From Utricularia gibba (Eukaryota > Plantae > Magnoliophyta): a DNA stretch of 64,000 bases. The position numbers and the translations under genes are program-made. Below, in pieces: positions 32,359 to 46,223 of the stretch (the first letter of the stretch is position 1; each line of letters begins with the position of its first letter). The stretch is from contig NEEC01000008.1 in NCBI GenBank assembly GCA_002189035.1, forward strand, positions 2,914,001 through 2,978,000, read 5' to 3'. The notes under the pieces are model-generated. The model saw nothing but the letters and a program-made list of their open reading frames with translations, did not search any database and was not told where the DNA came from.

Positions 32359-35300
32359 ATGCCAGAACATAGAGATCCAGATGAAATTGAATCAGCTTTG
32401 CACCAAGATCAGGTGGGAATCTCCAGCTGTTTCTTGGTTATTATTACTTGGCATACTTTTCTATGCGATTGCTCACTAGTTCATTTTTTAAATTGATAGG
32501 GGAATCCTGTGTGTAGTTCAGATCGTATGGTGGGATGTTTTTTCTCTGCTTCTGTTTTGCATTCGTAACTTGGTGTTAGTGTTGAGAGTTGTAGGTGATA
32601 ATGGAACCCAAGGAGCCTCCATCTCTGGCATTCAAACGGAACCTAAGTGATGAGGAAAAGGCCCTTTCTGCATTGCCACTAACTATTAAAGAGATTATTA
32701 GCATGGTATTTTTCAAAATTTGACCCAACTTCTATAAGGCCTTTTTGCTCCAAGTGCACTTTATCTTGAATAACGTGATCCGCTACGCTATATTTCATTC
32801 TTGGAGCATTTACACGAATTGAGGCATTAGTATGGCGACAGTTTTAGAGTGTAATACCTTTTTTTTCTTTCTTCAATGAAATTTATGTTTTTGCTTTTTT
32901 AGGCACCAATAGGCTATAGAATTTGGAAGACCCTTCAAATCCCAAAATCAAAAGGCCAGGTAAGTTATTTATTAGTGAATACTACCTCTATTCTTCAAGA
33001 TGAAAACTTTTCCCATTTACTGTCCTTTCAGGATGTATTCATCGACCCCTTTCTGAAGCGATACACATCATCTTGTCAAGGGGTGCCTTTAGGTGGTATT
33101 GGGTACAATTCCTGTTCTTTTTTTTGTTCTCTCGGATAATGAAACCTGTATCTTGGTCGTGACCTTTCTGAGATATGAATCAACGACAATGATTTTTTTT
33201 TTACTGTCACAGCCTATGAGAAATTTATAGGCATCAGCAGATGCAGGTTTTTTCTTTCCAGTTTGGTTAAAACCTATTGTACTCATCTGTCTCACCATCT
33301 AAACTATAGCCCCAATCTAATTCATCTATTTTACTCGCTGGGTATTCCAATCCATGACCCTCAAATTATCACCACCACCACTATTCTCCGGTTGAACCCC
33401 TCAGCCTTGTTGAGAGAGTTTTCTTTTTCCTGTTATTCCTGTTTCCGTGATTCCACACTTCAGAGATTAAGTGGGAATTAGAAATTAAAAGAAGCTTATG
33501 ACTACTTTTGAGTTTTAGTTTAAATTTTCAGAAGGTAAAAGTTAAGTTTTAATGCACAGGAAGTAATAGCTATTGGTTTAACACTTTTCAGTGCTGGAAG
33601 CATCGGAAGAAGTTGCAGGGGCGAGTTTTTTCGTTGGCAGCTATTTCCTAGGATCTGTGAAGATAAGCCAGTCCTAGCAAATCAGTTCTCTGTAAGCTCA
33701 ATTTCTAAGATCTATTTTAATGGCCCAATATCGTTTCAAAATGACTTTTTTGTTGTTGCCTTGCCTTTTAGTCACTGTTTACAAAAATGAGTAATAAAGC
33801 TTCAATATGTCCACGCTGTAGTTGGGAACAATTCTTAATTAATAACGTATCAGTCATTACACTCTAAGGATATTTTTCCCTTATGATGCCCCTGAAATGG
33901 TTTCATCTATTGCTACTTTTGTAGATTTTTGTTTCACGACCAAATGGTGAAAAGTTTTCTACTGTACTATGCCCCAAGCGTCCAGGGACATTGAAGTACG
34001 CTGATAGTTCAATACTTCAGCATTTTATGATGTTTTTGCTCCTTTCTCTGGAGTGCAGTTGAAAAATTTTTCACTTGCAAGGACTCCCTTTTTGGAGTAA
34101 ATATTCACTATGCCTAAATTATTTGATTAACAGTGATAATTCAGCTTCTGGAATAGGATCATGGGACTGGTCCCTTGATGGTAAAAATTCTAGGTACCAT
34201 GCATTGTATCCTCGGGCTTGGACAGTATATGATGGTAACTTTTTGTTGTTTCTGATATTTTTTTTCTTCCACATTTTCAATCTCTATCATTTCTGGGGTT
34301 CTTTTGTCAAACAAAGGTGAACCTGATCCGGAATTAAAAGTTGTCTGTCGCCAAATTTCACCTTTTATTCCTCATAATTACAAGGATAGTAGTCTCCCCG
34401 TTGCAGTCTTTACATACACGGTATATGAATATGATCTCATATTACATTTCTCCATGTGCGTCATAGGATTAAACCAGCTATTAGTAATTTTTACAAAATA
34501 TGTTTTTCTATGGTTCCATCAGCTAACTAATATGGGGAAATCAGAAGCAGCTGTTTCCTTGCTATTTACATGGGCTGTAAGTTTCTTTCCTTTGTTTGTT
34601 ATTAGGAGCAAAGTGCACTACGCGTACACTTTGACATCTCATTGTATTTCTCCCTGAATTTAATTTTAGAATTCAGTTGGTGGGGACTCAGGGCTGTCTG
34701 GTCATCATTTCAACTCAAAGTTCAGGTTAAATCGCTTGACTAGTTTTCAAATGTCAAAATAAATGATTGCCATCAAACTAGTAGCTGGTATTTCAGGGGC
34801 AAAATAAATATTTGATTACCTGTATTTCTCCATATCTAACTGTTCCTTTAAATTTATCCATCATACTGGCCTGAACTTGATATGCTTTTTCAGGACGGAT
34901 GATAACGTCAAGGGAGTTCTGTTGCACCATATGTAAGTTTAGATTATTTTATGTTACCCTACATTTTTCCTTAAAGGATCCGATTTGTGCATCTCATCTT
35001 CTCATGTTTCTTGACTCCTCCTAATTAGGACAGGACTGCAGGCGGTCTACCTTCCGTAAATTATGCAATTTCAGCTGAAGAAACATCAGCTGTTCATGTC
35101 TCACAGTGCACTTGCTTTACAATATCTGGAAAGTCGCAAGGCATTACTGCAAGAGACTTGTGGCAAGAAATTAAGGAGGTAAAAAGCATTTGCCCAGAAG
35201 TCATTGGCAGCACTTTGTTTTGCTTGTAAATGTTTCTGAACTCCCTTAATCGTTCTTGTTGTGTTAGCAAGGATCATTTGACAACCTACCCTCTCAAGAC

Positions 35301-37756
35301 GTGTCACCGCCCTCTGAGCCCAACTCACTCACTGGGGCAGCCATTGCAGCTTCTGTGAAAGTACCTCCAGGAACAACACAAACTGTTTCGTTCTCATTAG
35401 CATGGGCTTGCCCTGAAGTTAACTTTCGTAGTGGAAGAACTTATTACAGGTCATTAAATTATTGGTCTTCTGTCTGTATTTGCATGTTTATCTGGTTCTT
35501 TAAACTCGACCGATTTTTTTACCCCCTTGTTTTTTTTTATTTCATTTCTTTATCAGGCGCTACACCAAATTTTATGGTACTCATAGCAATGTGGCAATAA
35601 ATATTGCGCACGATGCAATTCTTGGTACTTCATCTAACCATTGTTGGCAAATTTTACTGACCCATGTTGTCATGTTTTTTGAAAAATGGGTTTGTCAGTG
35701 TATTAATGGTTATTAATTCATGGAGAATTCTTAAATGTATTTCAATTTTGTCATTCTTGGTTATTTCTAAATTTTTTTATACAAAAAACAAGGGCATGGA
35801 GAATGGGAGTCACAAATTGAAGCATGGCAGAGGCCCGTTCTTGAAGACAAGAGTCTCCCGGAATGGTATGCTGTGTTAAAAGTGTTGCTTCTTGGATAAC
35901 TGTAATTTCAAATTGCTCATAATTTTCTGATGCAGGTACCCTCCGACTCTTTTCAATGAGCTTTACTTCTTGAATGCGGGGGGACAATTTGGACAGGTAG
36001 TCAACTCCTTGATATTTTCTTTAAGGTTGGTGCGCTTGCTCTAATGGGAGTTCGCTTTCTCTTCAGATGGTACCCTGCCAAGTAGTAATTCGGGAAAACA
36101 TAGGCTTTGCCGCTCTATCTCTAATTTGGTTTTCAAGAATGACGATAACTTATCTGATGATGATGGAATGGCAGTCAGAATTCTTGAGAGTATTATGTTG
36201 TTGCACGAGGTTAAAATTCCTGAAATGGTAGCTTCTGCTATGGGCACACGATTGCTTCATGAAGGAGAAGAGAATGTGGGCCAGTTTCTCTATCTTGAAG
36301 GGATTGAGTATCATATGTGCAACACATATGATGTCCATTTTTATGCATCTTTTGCTCTAACTATGCTATTTCCCAAAATCGAACTTAGCATACAAAGAGA
36401 TTTTGCTGCTGCAGTGATGATGCATGATCCTAGTGGAATGACGCTTTTACAGGATGGAACATGGGCTCATAGAAAAGTCCTTGGTGCCGTTCCTCATGAT
36501 ATTGGGATGAAAGACCCATGGTTCGAATTAAATTTTTACAGTCTACACAATACTGATAGGTGGAAGGATTTGAATCCCAAGTTTGTTCTACAAGTTTATA
36601 GAGATATAGTGGCAACAAGTGACAAGAAATTTGCTCGAGCTGTGTGGCCCTCTGTGTATATTGCAATGGCATATATGGAACAGTTTGATAAGGATGAAGA
36701 TGGAATGATAGAGAACGAAGGATTTCCAGATCAGACATATGATACTTGGTCCGTATCTGGTGTCAGTGCGTACTGTGGTGGCCTTTGGGTGGCAGCCTTA
36801 CAGGCTACTTGTGCAATCGCGCATGTGGTGGGTGATGAATCTTCCGAGGAGTATTTTTGGTTTAGGTATCAGAAAGCAAGGGGAGTCTATGAGAAGTTAT
36901 GGAATGGCTCTTATTTCAATTATGATGACAGCGGTAGAGCTACAAGTTCATCCATTCAGGCTGATCAGTTGGCAGGACATTGGTAAGTGACACAAGGAAC
37001 ATACGAATCTGGTGGTACTCCATTTCATTCATGTTTTTGTATACTCAACCGCCAGCAATGATGTTTCTCTTTTGATGCTTTTAGGTACGCGCGAGCATGT
37101 GGTCTACATCCGATTGTTGACGTAGAAAAGGCCCAAAAAGCACTTGATATGGTTTATAAGTTCAATGTAATGAAAGTGAAGCAAGGGAGGATAGGGGCTG
37201 CAAACGGCATGCTGCCTAGCGGAGAGCTAGATATGTGTACCTTGCAGTCAAGGGAGATATGGAGCGGGGTAACATATGCTGTTGCAGCCAGCATGATTCA
37301 TGAAAACATGACTGAACCGGCATTCAACACCGCCGTGGGCATTCATGAAGTTGTATGGTCTGAGAGAGGCCTCGGGTGAGTGCAGTTGACACATCACAGC
37401 ATTCACTTTTTCTTTCGATAAGCACTTAACTTACAGATGTTCCTGGCACTGAATGGCCAAACAGTTATGCGTTCCAGACACCGGAGGGTTGGGACGTGGA
37501 GGGTCGATACCGATCTCTTGGGTACATGCGTCCTCTGGCAATCTGGGCGATGCAATGGGCGCTGGAACAAAACAACACCACGAGCCAAAGGCTAGTGGTG
37601 AAGCTGAAGGAGAGGGAGATACAAGAAGAATCTGTTCTCAAACAACATGTTGCTTTCATCAGCGTTGCTCGTCTCTTGAAGCTCCAACCACAGCCTGATT
37701 CAAGGAGTCGTCTACAGGTAATGTACGAATCCACATGTAAAAGGATGTTCCGATAA
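32359..37756 (+). CDS. GBA2: Non-lysosomal glucosylceramidase (GH116), ~19 exons; apparent 1-nt frameshift at G6 run 35978-35983
   Basis: GVPLGGIG|[28 protein letters not shown]|[68 protein letters not shown] and FQTPEGW. Motif NAGGTIWT|DG requires G7; only G6 is present. Confidence 0.95.
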
Positions 37757-38098
37757 AGCATCACTATTCATACTAGTCATTATAAACTTGAATTTTGTGA
37801 TGAGAACAAATAGAATAAAGTACTCTTGTCAGATGCTTTTGTTTGCATTATGCGTTTTCCCCAGATCAAAGATTCTGTTCATATCAAAGATTGTGTGCTC
37901 CATCAGATTCATAAACAGAAAGATTCTTAGAACCTTGCTTGTTCTGCAACTCTTGAACCACTCTGGTCTCAGACTTTGTGAGAAAATTGACATTTTACAA
38001 TTGAAACTCCCAACTCATGTGAAAATCAAAAATCTAAACTCGCCCAACCATGAAGTGCGACCACAAGGGAGAGAGACAGACAAAAGCAGCTTCTCTGC

Positions 38099-40417
38099 TT
38101 AAGGTTGATGTGGAGTTTGAGTTAAAAGAGGTTGCTCCCTAATCTGAGATAGAAGAGCAGCGATTTGATCAATGACCAAATCCATGCGTTGCTTGGATTT
38201 TGCTGATTCTGCTACGAGACTTGACAGCATGCTCTGCAATAACTCTACTCTTTCTCTGTGATCATTCCCAGTAGCATGTCTATTCCCTCCGGAAGGAAAA
38301 CTGCTTACCCTGCGCCATCTCATGGGCAGATACTGCTCTGGTAACTGAAAACAATTCCCTGTTGAAAGAACTCGAAGAGCATGCCTGCACAGGATCCCGC
38401 TGAACTCAAAGTGGTGACAGCTGCAACTTATGATCCCTTCCCTTGGGGACCAGTAGACTTTCCTGCCTCCTTCCACCTTCGTGTGGTGCCTCACAACGAA
38501 ACCATCTTCTGTCTGGTATGTTGCATAGTGGGCAGCCATAACGAGTTGTTCTTGAAACTTCGAGAAGGCGAAAGGTGTGAGAACCGATGCAGCATGCGAT
38601 TCCATGGGTGCACCTGTCTTTAAGCTGATATTTTGGATATTCTGCTGCATTGTCTGCTGCTCTCCAGGTTGGTCCTTGAAATCCACAGCTACAGCAACCT
38701 GTTAAGTAACAGGAGGTTAATGCAACATCTAAGTTACCGGATTTAAACAAAAATAATCCACAATATAATGCATGACGACAAAAAAGAAATTTACTTGCTC
38801 AACAAAATGTGCAAGCCGGGTTTGAGCGCTTAAAAAACGTTGAATAAAAGCATTAATTGATTTAGAATGGCCTGGTGCAGTCATTCCTGCAAAAAAGTGG
38901 GTTCTCAAATATGGCAGCGCCCAAAGAGTTCTAAAGGCATACAAGCCAGCAATATGCCTGTTTGTGTCCAAGCCAAAAGTGTTCACCATATCTTGCCATC
39001 CCATCTCAAAATCCTGAACCGATTCCAGATGATAAAGGCGATAGAATTCAGTTTTCCACTCATTGTAGCGCTCTCCCAAAACAGCATTAAACCATGAGGG
39101 GAATTTAGCAACAATAAGCCATATACAAAGAGCATGCTTGGTGGTAGGCAACTCCATTGCAATGGCATCTTTGAGGCACATACTCTGGTCAGTCAGTATA
39201 GTCTCTGGAGCTTTTCCATTCATGAATCCTGAGAAAGCCTTCAGATTCAAGAGAATGTTCAAATTTAGAAGTTGTGCAAACTGTCAAAAAAAAAGTTTGC
39301 AAAAATGACAAAATAAGGGTTTAGGTCTCCCTCTCCTCCTTTCCATCAACGCAAAAAGTGGTGTCACTAAGAATCGAATGAGAGAATGTAACAAAGAAGC
39401 TTCATTAGCTACAAATGAAGGTTAAGAATCATATCTTACCTTCAAAGCCCATGAAAAAGATCTCAGGTTCTCTTCACGAAGAAGCACACAACCAAAGAAG
39501 CATGGCATCCCATAATTGTTCACTCCTACCCATATACCCAAAGGCATGTCAAAAGCAGTCAGCCGGTGTGTTGTATCAAAAACTACAGCATCACCAAAAA
39601 TATCGTAGGACTGAACAGATGAGGAATATGACCAAGCTATGTTCTCCAATCTTCCATTAGAATCAAGCGTGAACTCAAATCTAAAACCAGGATCTTTGTC
39701 CTTAATGTTTCGGCACATCTTGAGTAAATCAATGCTCCCATGCTCAGGATCTACTTTTTTTAATGATTGTAGCAAATTCCTTACATCTTTCTCAGTGAAC
39801 GGCAAGTATCCAGGCTCCACACACTTTTCAAGTTCCAGAAGTCTCATCATTTGTTGAACTGAAATACCTGTCTTAGCAAACATGAGAATTCGGCTCTTAT
39901 CAGATTCTGAAATAGTTCGATATGCAGGAAGAAAGCGCACTTGATTCGGTTCCAGTAGATCATGATTATGATGATTCGAAAATCCTGTGACTCTCCATTC
40001 AGGTATTCCCAAATCAGTTGACTTGGTTATCCGCATGAATGCTTGGCATCCACACCTTGAAGATTTTCTATTCCTTTGTGATTTATTTTCGCTCAATGCC
40101 TTCACAGGGGTATTCCCCGCTCGATGGCACACAAAGTATCGTCTGGTGAGACCTTTCCCAACACCATCTTTACCCTCTGTTCTATGCCGCCTGATCGAAA
40201 ATCCACTGTGTTTCGCAAAATCACTGTAGAATTCATAAGCAGAGTCATGAGTTGCAAACCGCTGACCCATATAAGGAATAGGGTCATTGACTGTTTCTAA
40301 GGAGAGCTTTGTTCCATCTGGTGAATCTTCAGTGCTACTTGCATCATCCAAAGAAATGGATCTCTGATCAGAAGTCTCCTGATACATCAGAATCATATGC
40401 TCGTTGTCTTCTGTCAT
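38099..40417 (-). CDS. FRS11: FAR1-related sequence 11-like (domesticated MULE transposase: FAR1 zinc finger, MULE DDE, SWIM), 3 exons
   Basis: PYMGQRFATHDSAYEFY...RRYFVCHRAG...RCGCQA...HNH, FDTTHRLTAFDMPLG, TILTDQ and CSCHHFEFSGILCRHAL. No TIRs were seen and the gene has introns. Confidence 0.93.
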
Positions 40418-41265
40418 CCCTGTCTTCAAAAAATATCCCAGCTTCTGCTATTTTGCACCCATTTCCGAGCCTAATATCATTCAGAAAACTGCAATACATT
40501 GATTATCTTTACGTTATTCACTATCGATTCAAGCGCCAACAGCCAAGGGAAAAGAAAAAACACAACAAGAGCATGAAACAGCATATGAAGCACCAATACC
40601 AACACCGCACTCCCGTTTTCCATCAACGTAAAACACCCAACGCCGCAAAAGCACACAGCATTCAAGAACTAATACAAGATTAAAACTTGAGAACTATATC
40701 GATCAACACTTCATGCTTAAACTTTCGCTTACATAAAAGGAAAAAAGAAAATCTTCATTGATGATACAAAAAGGGATTTACATGAACACTGCAGACAGCA
40801 GAAGGCATTCAGAAATACACCAGAATCGTCCCTCCTTCCGGGGGAGCAAAACGAGGAGGAACCCTAAATTGCGCAGGGGCGTGAGGCGCAACGTATATAC
40901 CAGTAGCGCGTCCTGCTATATGACGCCGAGTTTTTATTGTACGGCCAGAGGGTTTGGTTCGGTCCAGATGCGATAGTAGCGATCCAATCGACGCGACCGG
41001 GTGGTTGACTCTGAGCAAATCTTGCCGAACCGGTCCAAAAATTTTATTTTCCGTTTTTTTATTGAAAATTTCTGCTGCAACAAAGCCGACCGTTTTTTGT
41101 AAATAATCTTTTGTGACGTTTTATTTCATTAATTTATTCCCTGGGAAACATATTAGCAAATTAGGATAATACGACCATAAATGAATTTCTAAATTAAAAA
41201 TAAAAGACAAACATTTAAAATTGCAATTCGCTTGGAAAACAAAAAAACAAGGCAGAAACTTGAAG

Positions 41266-44200
41266 ATGAGCGCGCGGCTTCAAGTACACCGTCTCGCTCG
41301 CCTCGTCGACGAGTTGCTCCATCCATTCAACGTAAGCGTTGCCTTAGTGCTTTGAATTATTATCTCATTTTGGTCAGATGTTGTAGCATGGTTCCGATTA
41401 CGTGGCAGGGTCTTGATTCGATTTTTTTGACTGAAGATGCCGAGAAGAAACTCCTGGTTTCTTTGTCTCAGGTTTGATTCTGGTTTTTCTCGATATTTCA
41501 TTAAGTGTTTGATCTTGATTGGTTGTTTATTTTTTGTGGATTCAGATTCTTAAACAAATTAATCAGTGGAAACATGAATTTATCTCGGGCGAGGTTTGTG
41601 TTTCGTTATGGTTTTAATGTTTTCAGAATTCCGTGTCTCATGATTTGAGCTCGAATTTTAGCTGGCGCTTGTGAAAGATTCTTCAAATTATACGGAGTAT
41701 CTTGTTGCTGCGATTCCAACTTCAAATTGCCTGGCTAAGATAATCTGTAGTTTGGTATGAACAATCATTTGCACTAGATGAGTTCTAATTATTTTTTTCT
41801 AGTGATTCTCACTCTCTGTTTATGTGGAAATATTTTGAAAATTCATATGTGAAGTAACTGTACAAATATGGAACCAAAATATTTAGGGTGTTTTTGAAGC
41901 GGCATTCACACATTCATAATCTTGCGCTGATCTCTTTGCAGGTTCATTTACTTGGAATTAAAAATCAATATGCAGAGTATCTTGTTGGCAGTACACTCTT
42001 TGCTGTTTGTGAGTTCCTGCTAATTATAGTATGTTCCCATTTGGAGCATTCACTCTCTTCAATTGCATATTTTCCGAATTGTTGATTTGGATCAAGTGTC
42101 CGCTTTTTTTCCAGGATCATGCTTGGGATGATTTCCTGATTTTGATGTGCTATTGTGTGAAATTAGTAATTGGAAAATGCAGTGCACAGTCTTCAGAATT
42201 AGATACTTCAAACGTGAGCACTTCTCATTCTGATCTATTCGATGCACAATCTTTGTTGAAGTTGAAGTTGAATAATACAAGTTTTTCAACAGCAGCGACA
42301 CTATTTCAAGTCTTGCATAAGGTGCAGAAATATCTTAAGAAGGACTCGGATGAAACCATGGCAGCTTATCTGGATTATACCAGAACTCTAGTGTCAAATT
42401 TACCTGCTGATATTTTTTTATGTACGGTAGATAGGCATACTGACTCTTGCAAACAATCTGGTGTGGAAGCTGTATATGTGACAGATTCGGCAGGTCTGGG
42501 AGAAGAAACAATTTTTGTTGGGGCATTTATTCAGTTACTCTGTTCTTTGGTCACAGAGAGCTGTTTCCTGGAAGCTAGGGATGGTTGTTCACCATTTTCT
42601 TGCAAAATTATTGGCCTTATTCCCTATCTAGCATCTTGGTGTCTACTAGAGCCTCAAAGTGGTATCAGCTTCCGTGCTTCCCATTACATCAGGCATAAAC
42701 TGCTGGTATTCATACTTAAGTAGATCATTTTCCTATTTGGTACTTTGACAACAAGATTATGTCTGTATTTTTTTCTGATGACGGGTGCATTACTTATTCT
42801 ATGTCTGATCATTATATCCATAATTGGCAGTTTCTAATGGTCAAGCTTAGTTCTTCTCAACTTGAGAAAACAATTTTAGTGACTTGGATAGATTTGCTCC
42901 ACAAGAATTTCGAAGATCTCATTTTGGAACCTATTTATGGGGTTGAACTTGATGATCATGATGATGATGGCTTTCTGGAGGGCTCTCCATTTTTCTCTAG
43001 TGTATTCAATTCAGAAAAACCTATTACAAAATCCCGCCATTTGCAGAGGCTTGCTGCTTTCCTCTTCTTGAAGTGTTCACTCAGTTTGATGAGTATGCCC
43101 GATGAGCTCCTGCCTGTGAAAGGAAGTATGAATCAAAATTCGATTGTCAATGAAAGCTTGTGCATCCAGTGTGAGGTTAGGAGTCTAGGTTCCATGAAGC
43201 TCCATCAATGGTTTGTAGCACATGCTCCTGCTGATATCTTTGTAAGGACGGAAACGTGTCATGAATGGTGCCTTCAGTTTTCCTTGTGCTTTCTCCGGTT
43301 ATATATGCACGAGGTTTGTTTGCAGTCAACTGCTTTTGAGGGCCTTGCGAGTTATCTTGAAGTTCTTTTCGCTTGACTGCTTTCGGGTCTTTTGTCGTAC
43401 CTTTTCCTTGATTTCCCAATATTTCATTTAATATTCAATCTATTTTCGCTTCCCTTGATTGCAGGACGATATCCTGTTTGAAGTTCTCTTACTTCTGCTT
43501 CGTTTTCCATTGCATCCCCTCCGTCAGTAAGTTGTATTGGGGGATCTACTTCAAGTTTCAAATCATTAGAATAGAATTTTACAACTGATACAAATTACTG
43601 TAGGGCTGCAGATGATGAACCTCTCCTGCACGGAAAGAATATCGAGATCCTTGCTTCCAAATTGTTCAACCCCATAAATCTTTTTCATTTATTTCTCTCT
43701 GAGGTAATATGTCTTCGTAAAAGGTAGATGCATGATCAGTGTTGTAGCAATGCTTATCCTGGTAATGATTTCGTCTTTAATTATGTGTTTGTAGATATTC
43801 TATGATCATCAAGTTCTCCTCGATTATCTCATCTCAAAAGACACTGGCCCCAAATGTGCTGAATACATTTTAAGGTTCTATTTTATGTCAACCTCGTTGA
43901 ATTCCATGTTATAAACTGAGGCTTATTTGCGTCACGTGTATTGCTCTCAAGGTCTCTGCGATATGTTTTCGATTCTTGGAAATCGTTCACTGAGTTCCCT
44001 GGAGTGGAAAGCCGTTCTAGATCAAGTTGGAAGCCGCAAAAGGTTTCTGTGGAAAGCCATGACTTGATGACAGAAGAATCTCATGAAAAACTGAGCGATT
44101 GCATCACTTCAGCACATGAGAATCACGACGAAGATTTTGAGCACAAACGAAAGCGCCAACGGAACTCTAGGCCTCCACATTCTGCTGTTAGGCATTGTTT

Positions 44201-44448
44201 TGCATCCTTGAGAAGATCCATTGACAGTCTTAACAGAAAGAAGTTGTTTCCTTATAATCCAAAGGTGCTTCTTCAACGGTGAGAACGCTTGGTATAGTAT
44301 GCTCCTCTGTTTTGAACATATTATTCTGACGGCAGTTACTGTCCATTAACTCATATCACCCTCCATTTCTTGCACCTTCCATGCCTACACTTAAATTCTA
44401 CACATTTTCAGTTTGGCAAGATTCGAGGAACTGTGCGCACAAGCATGA
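41266..44448 (+). CDS. Protein Lines (LINS1)-like uncharacterised protein, ~11 exons
   Basis: MSARLQVHRLARLVDELLHPFN...; C-terminal LFNPINLFHLFLSE|IFYDHQVLLDYLISKDTG..CAEYILR|SLRYVFDSW and LRRSIDSLNRKKLFPYNPKVLLQR|LARFEEL* match the recalled Lines_C signature. Junctions stay in frame. Confidence 0.75.
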
Positions 44449-44546
44449 TGTCTACCCCAGTCAATGGCGGTGCATGCAGAGGCCCTGGTTATCATGACGT
44501 TCTCTCACGGTATGTTACACTCTCATTTCTTTACTACAGAAGGTGA

Positions 44547-44639
44547 CCCTAAGTGTTCCAGTCTGGTAAATTGTCCTCCCTAAGTGTTCCAGTCTGGTAA
44601 ATTGTCCTCCCTAAGTGTTCCAATCTGGTAAATTGTCCT
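44547..44639. repeat. 31-bp tandem repeat x3 at the broken end of an NLR LRR fragment
   Basis: The unit CCCTAAGTGTTCCA(G/A)TCTGGTAAATTGTCCT starts at 44547, 44578 and 44609. Confidence 0.95.
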
Positions 44640-44738
44640 TGGGACAGATTGCACCATTCCTCATTTTCAAATATGTAGAAAATGAATTGCAGCACCTCCA
44701 GATTGTGCAACTCCATAATAGTTCTCGTCCGAGCTATT
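44609..44738 (-). pseudogene. NLR LRR fragment (C-terminal module) from the local cluster
   Basis: ARTRTIMELHNLEVLQF..FENEEWCNLSQGQFT is near-identical in DNA to 46543-46639 and 47015-47119; it is truncated at both ends. Confidence 0.9.
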
Positions 44739-45311
44739 AATGAAAAAAGTTTTTTGTATAAAGGTTTAATTATAAATTTACTAGAATCGAAAATTAATGA
44801 ATTAGAAAACATGAAAAACACAAATACATATATATTTACATTTTTTTAATAATTTTTAATATATATTTAAATATATTAATCATTTTTAATATATTTTATT
44901 GAAAATCATAATTTACAATAAACGTATATATAAAAAAGTTGGAGTTAAAAAATGTTTGTATTGTTTTTTAATTTTTTCAAACAACGTATGTATCTAAACA
45001 ATATTTTAATAAACGTTGATATTTAAAAAATGATATAATATTTAACGTTTGAACTAAAATGATGTATTTTGAAATGTTTGTATTGAATTTAAATAAAAAC
45101 TAAAACATTTGTATTACAAAATTATTTTAATAAATCTGTGTATCTAATTATAATCAACATTTGAAACGTTCGTATTTAAACGAATTTTTTCCCGAACCAA
45201 AACCAATTAGTTCGGAACTGATCACAACTCTACTCTCAAGTTTGCTCAAGATCGCTCAAGAGATTACTATCCCATGAAGCTCTGATCAATGACTCTTAAA
45301 CGAAGACTCTT

Positions 45312-45600
45312 ATGAAGTTTCACCATCTCAAGGAGATCATATTCTTCATGTGTCCTACGCTCAAGTACTTTAGAGTGGGAGAAGAGCGATTCCCCCAACT
45401 CCAAACTCTTGGGATAGACAGCTCCCAAACAATGAGGATCTCTCATGATGATATTCATGGCATCTCAACGCTGTTGAGGATTCAAATACGATCTTGCGGA
45501 GCCTTGATCGGGGGAGACAAAGATTTCTACGTTGAGCTCCAAAATGACCAGTTGAAGATACAAGAAAAAGATATGATGATGATGATGATAGCGATTACAA
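45312..45600 (+). pseudogene. Diverged NLR LRR C-terminal fragment, inverted relative to the cluster
   Basis: KFHHLKEII..CPTLKYFRVGEERFPQLQTLGI....DDIHGISTLLRIQIRSCG...DFYVE aligns with the cluster module LKYLKVGAEQFPQLLILGI...GIPTLSSIQLGDCG...DFYV. Confidence 0.75.
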
Positions 45601-46223
45601 TGACCCAGATGTGGAGTTGTAAAGCAGCATCCGTCTGCCGTCCCCATCGCCGGTGTAGCGCCGATCAATTGAAATGCAATAGTAGCTTCAGCAATGTGAT
45701 CGCTTTGTCAAGGAAATGGAAACCGAAAGCATTCATCTTGGGAGTAGTTGATCGATGTAGATAAATAAGATAATTTTGTTTTTATGTTATATTAAGATGA
45801 TCTTTTCTTCCAACTTATTTAATTGCATTTTCAACCCTTTTTATTATTACTTTTCCATTTGATTTAAAATAATGGTGCTTTGATGTTTTCCAATTTTTTT
45901 TTCTCTTCTTTATAATTTTGTTGGGCTTGATGTTATAAATTTAACAAATAAAGTATAATCATCTTTACATCAAAATAAGTTTCCCTAAAATATTTTTATA
46001 TCATTTTCAATTTATTAAACAAATATATTTTTTTCAAAACATCTCTTTAATAAAACATATCGATTTCTTATTTATATATTTCTATTAAAACATTTTCCTA
46101 TATATCACTTTCACCAAATGAAACATATCATTCAATAATACGTAAATTGATAACAAAATCATGTCCTGTCATTTTTCCATGGATTTCAAAAAATTTAACA
46201 AAAAAGTATATATGATGATTATT

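Noticed and set aside
38099-40417. FRS11 as an active Mutator transposon
   Set aside because: It has introns, no TIRs or TSD, and is highly similar to the conserved host gene FRS11, so it is a domesticated transposase.
44547-44639. 31-bp and 27-bp (9617-9693) repeats as CRISPR-like arrays
   Set aside because: The units are directly adjacent with no spacers, and the DNA is eukaryotic; these are simple minisatellites.
44740-45200. AT-rich segment as a Mutator-like MITE
   Set aside because: Only weak GAAAAAA-type end similarity and no 9-bp TSD were found.
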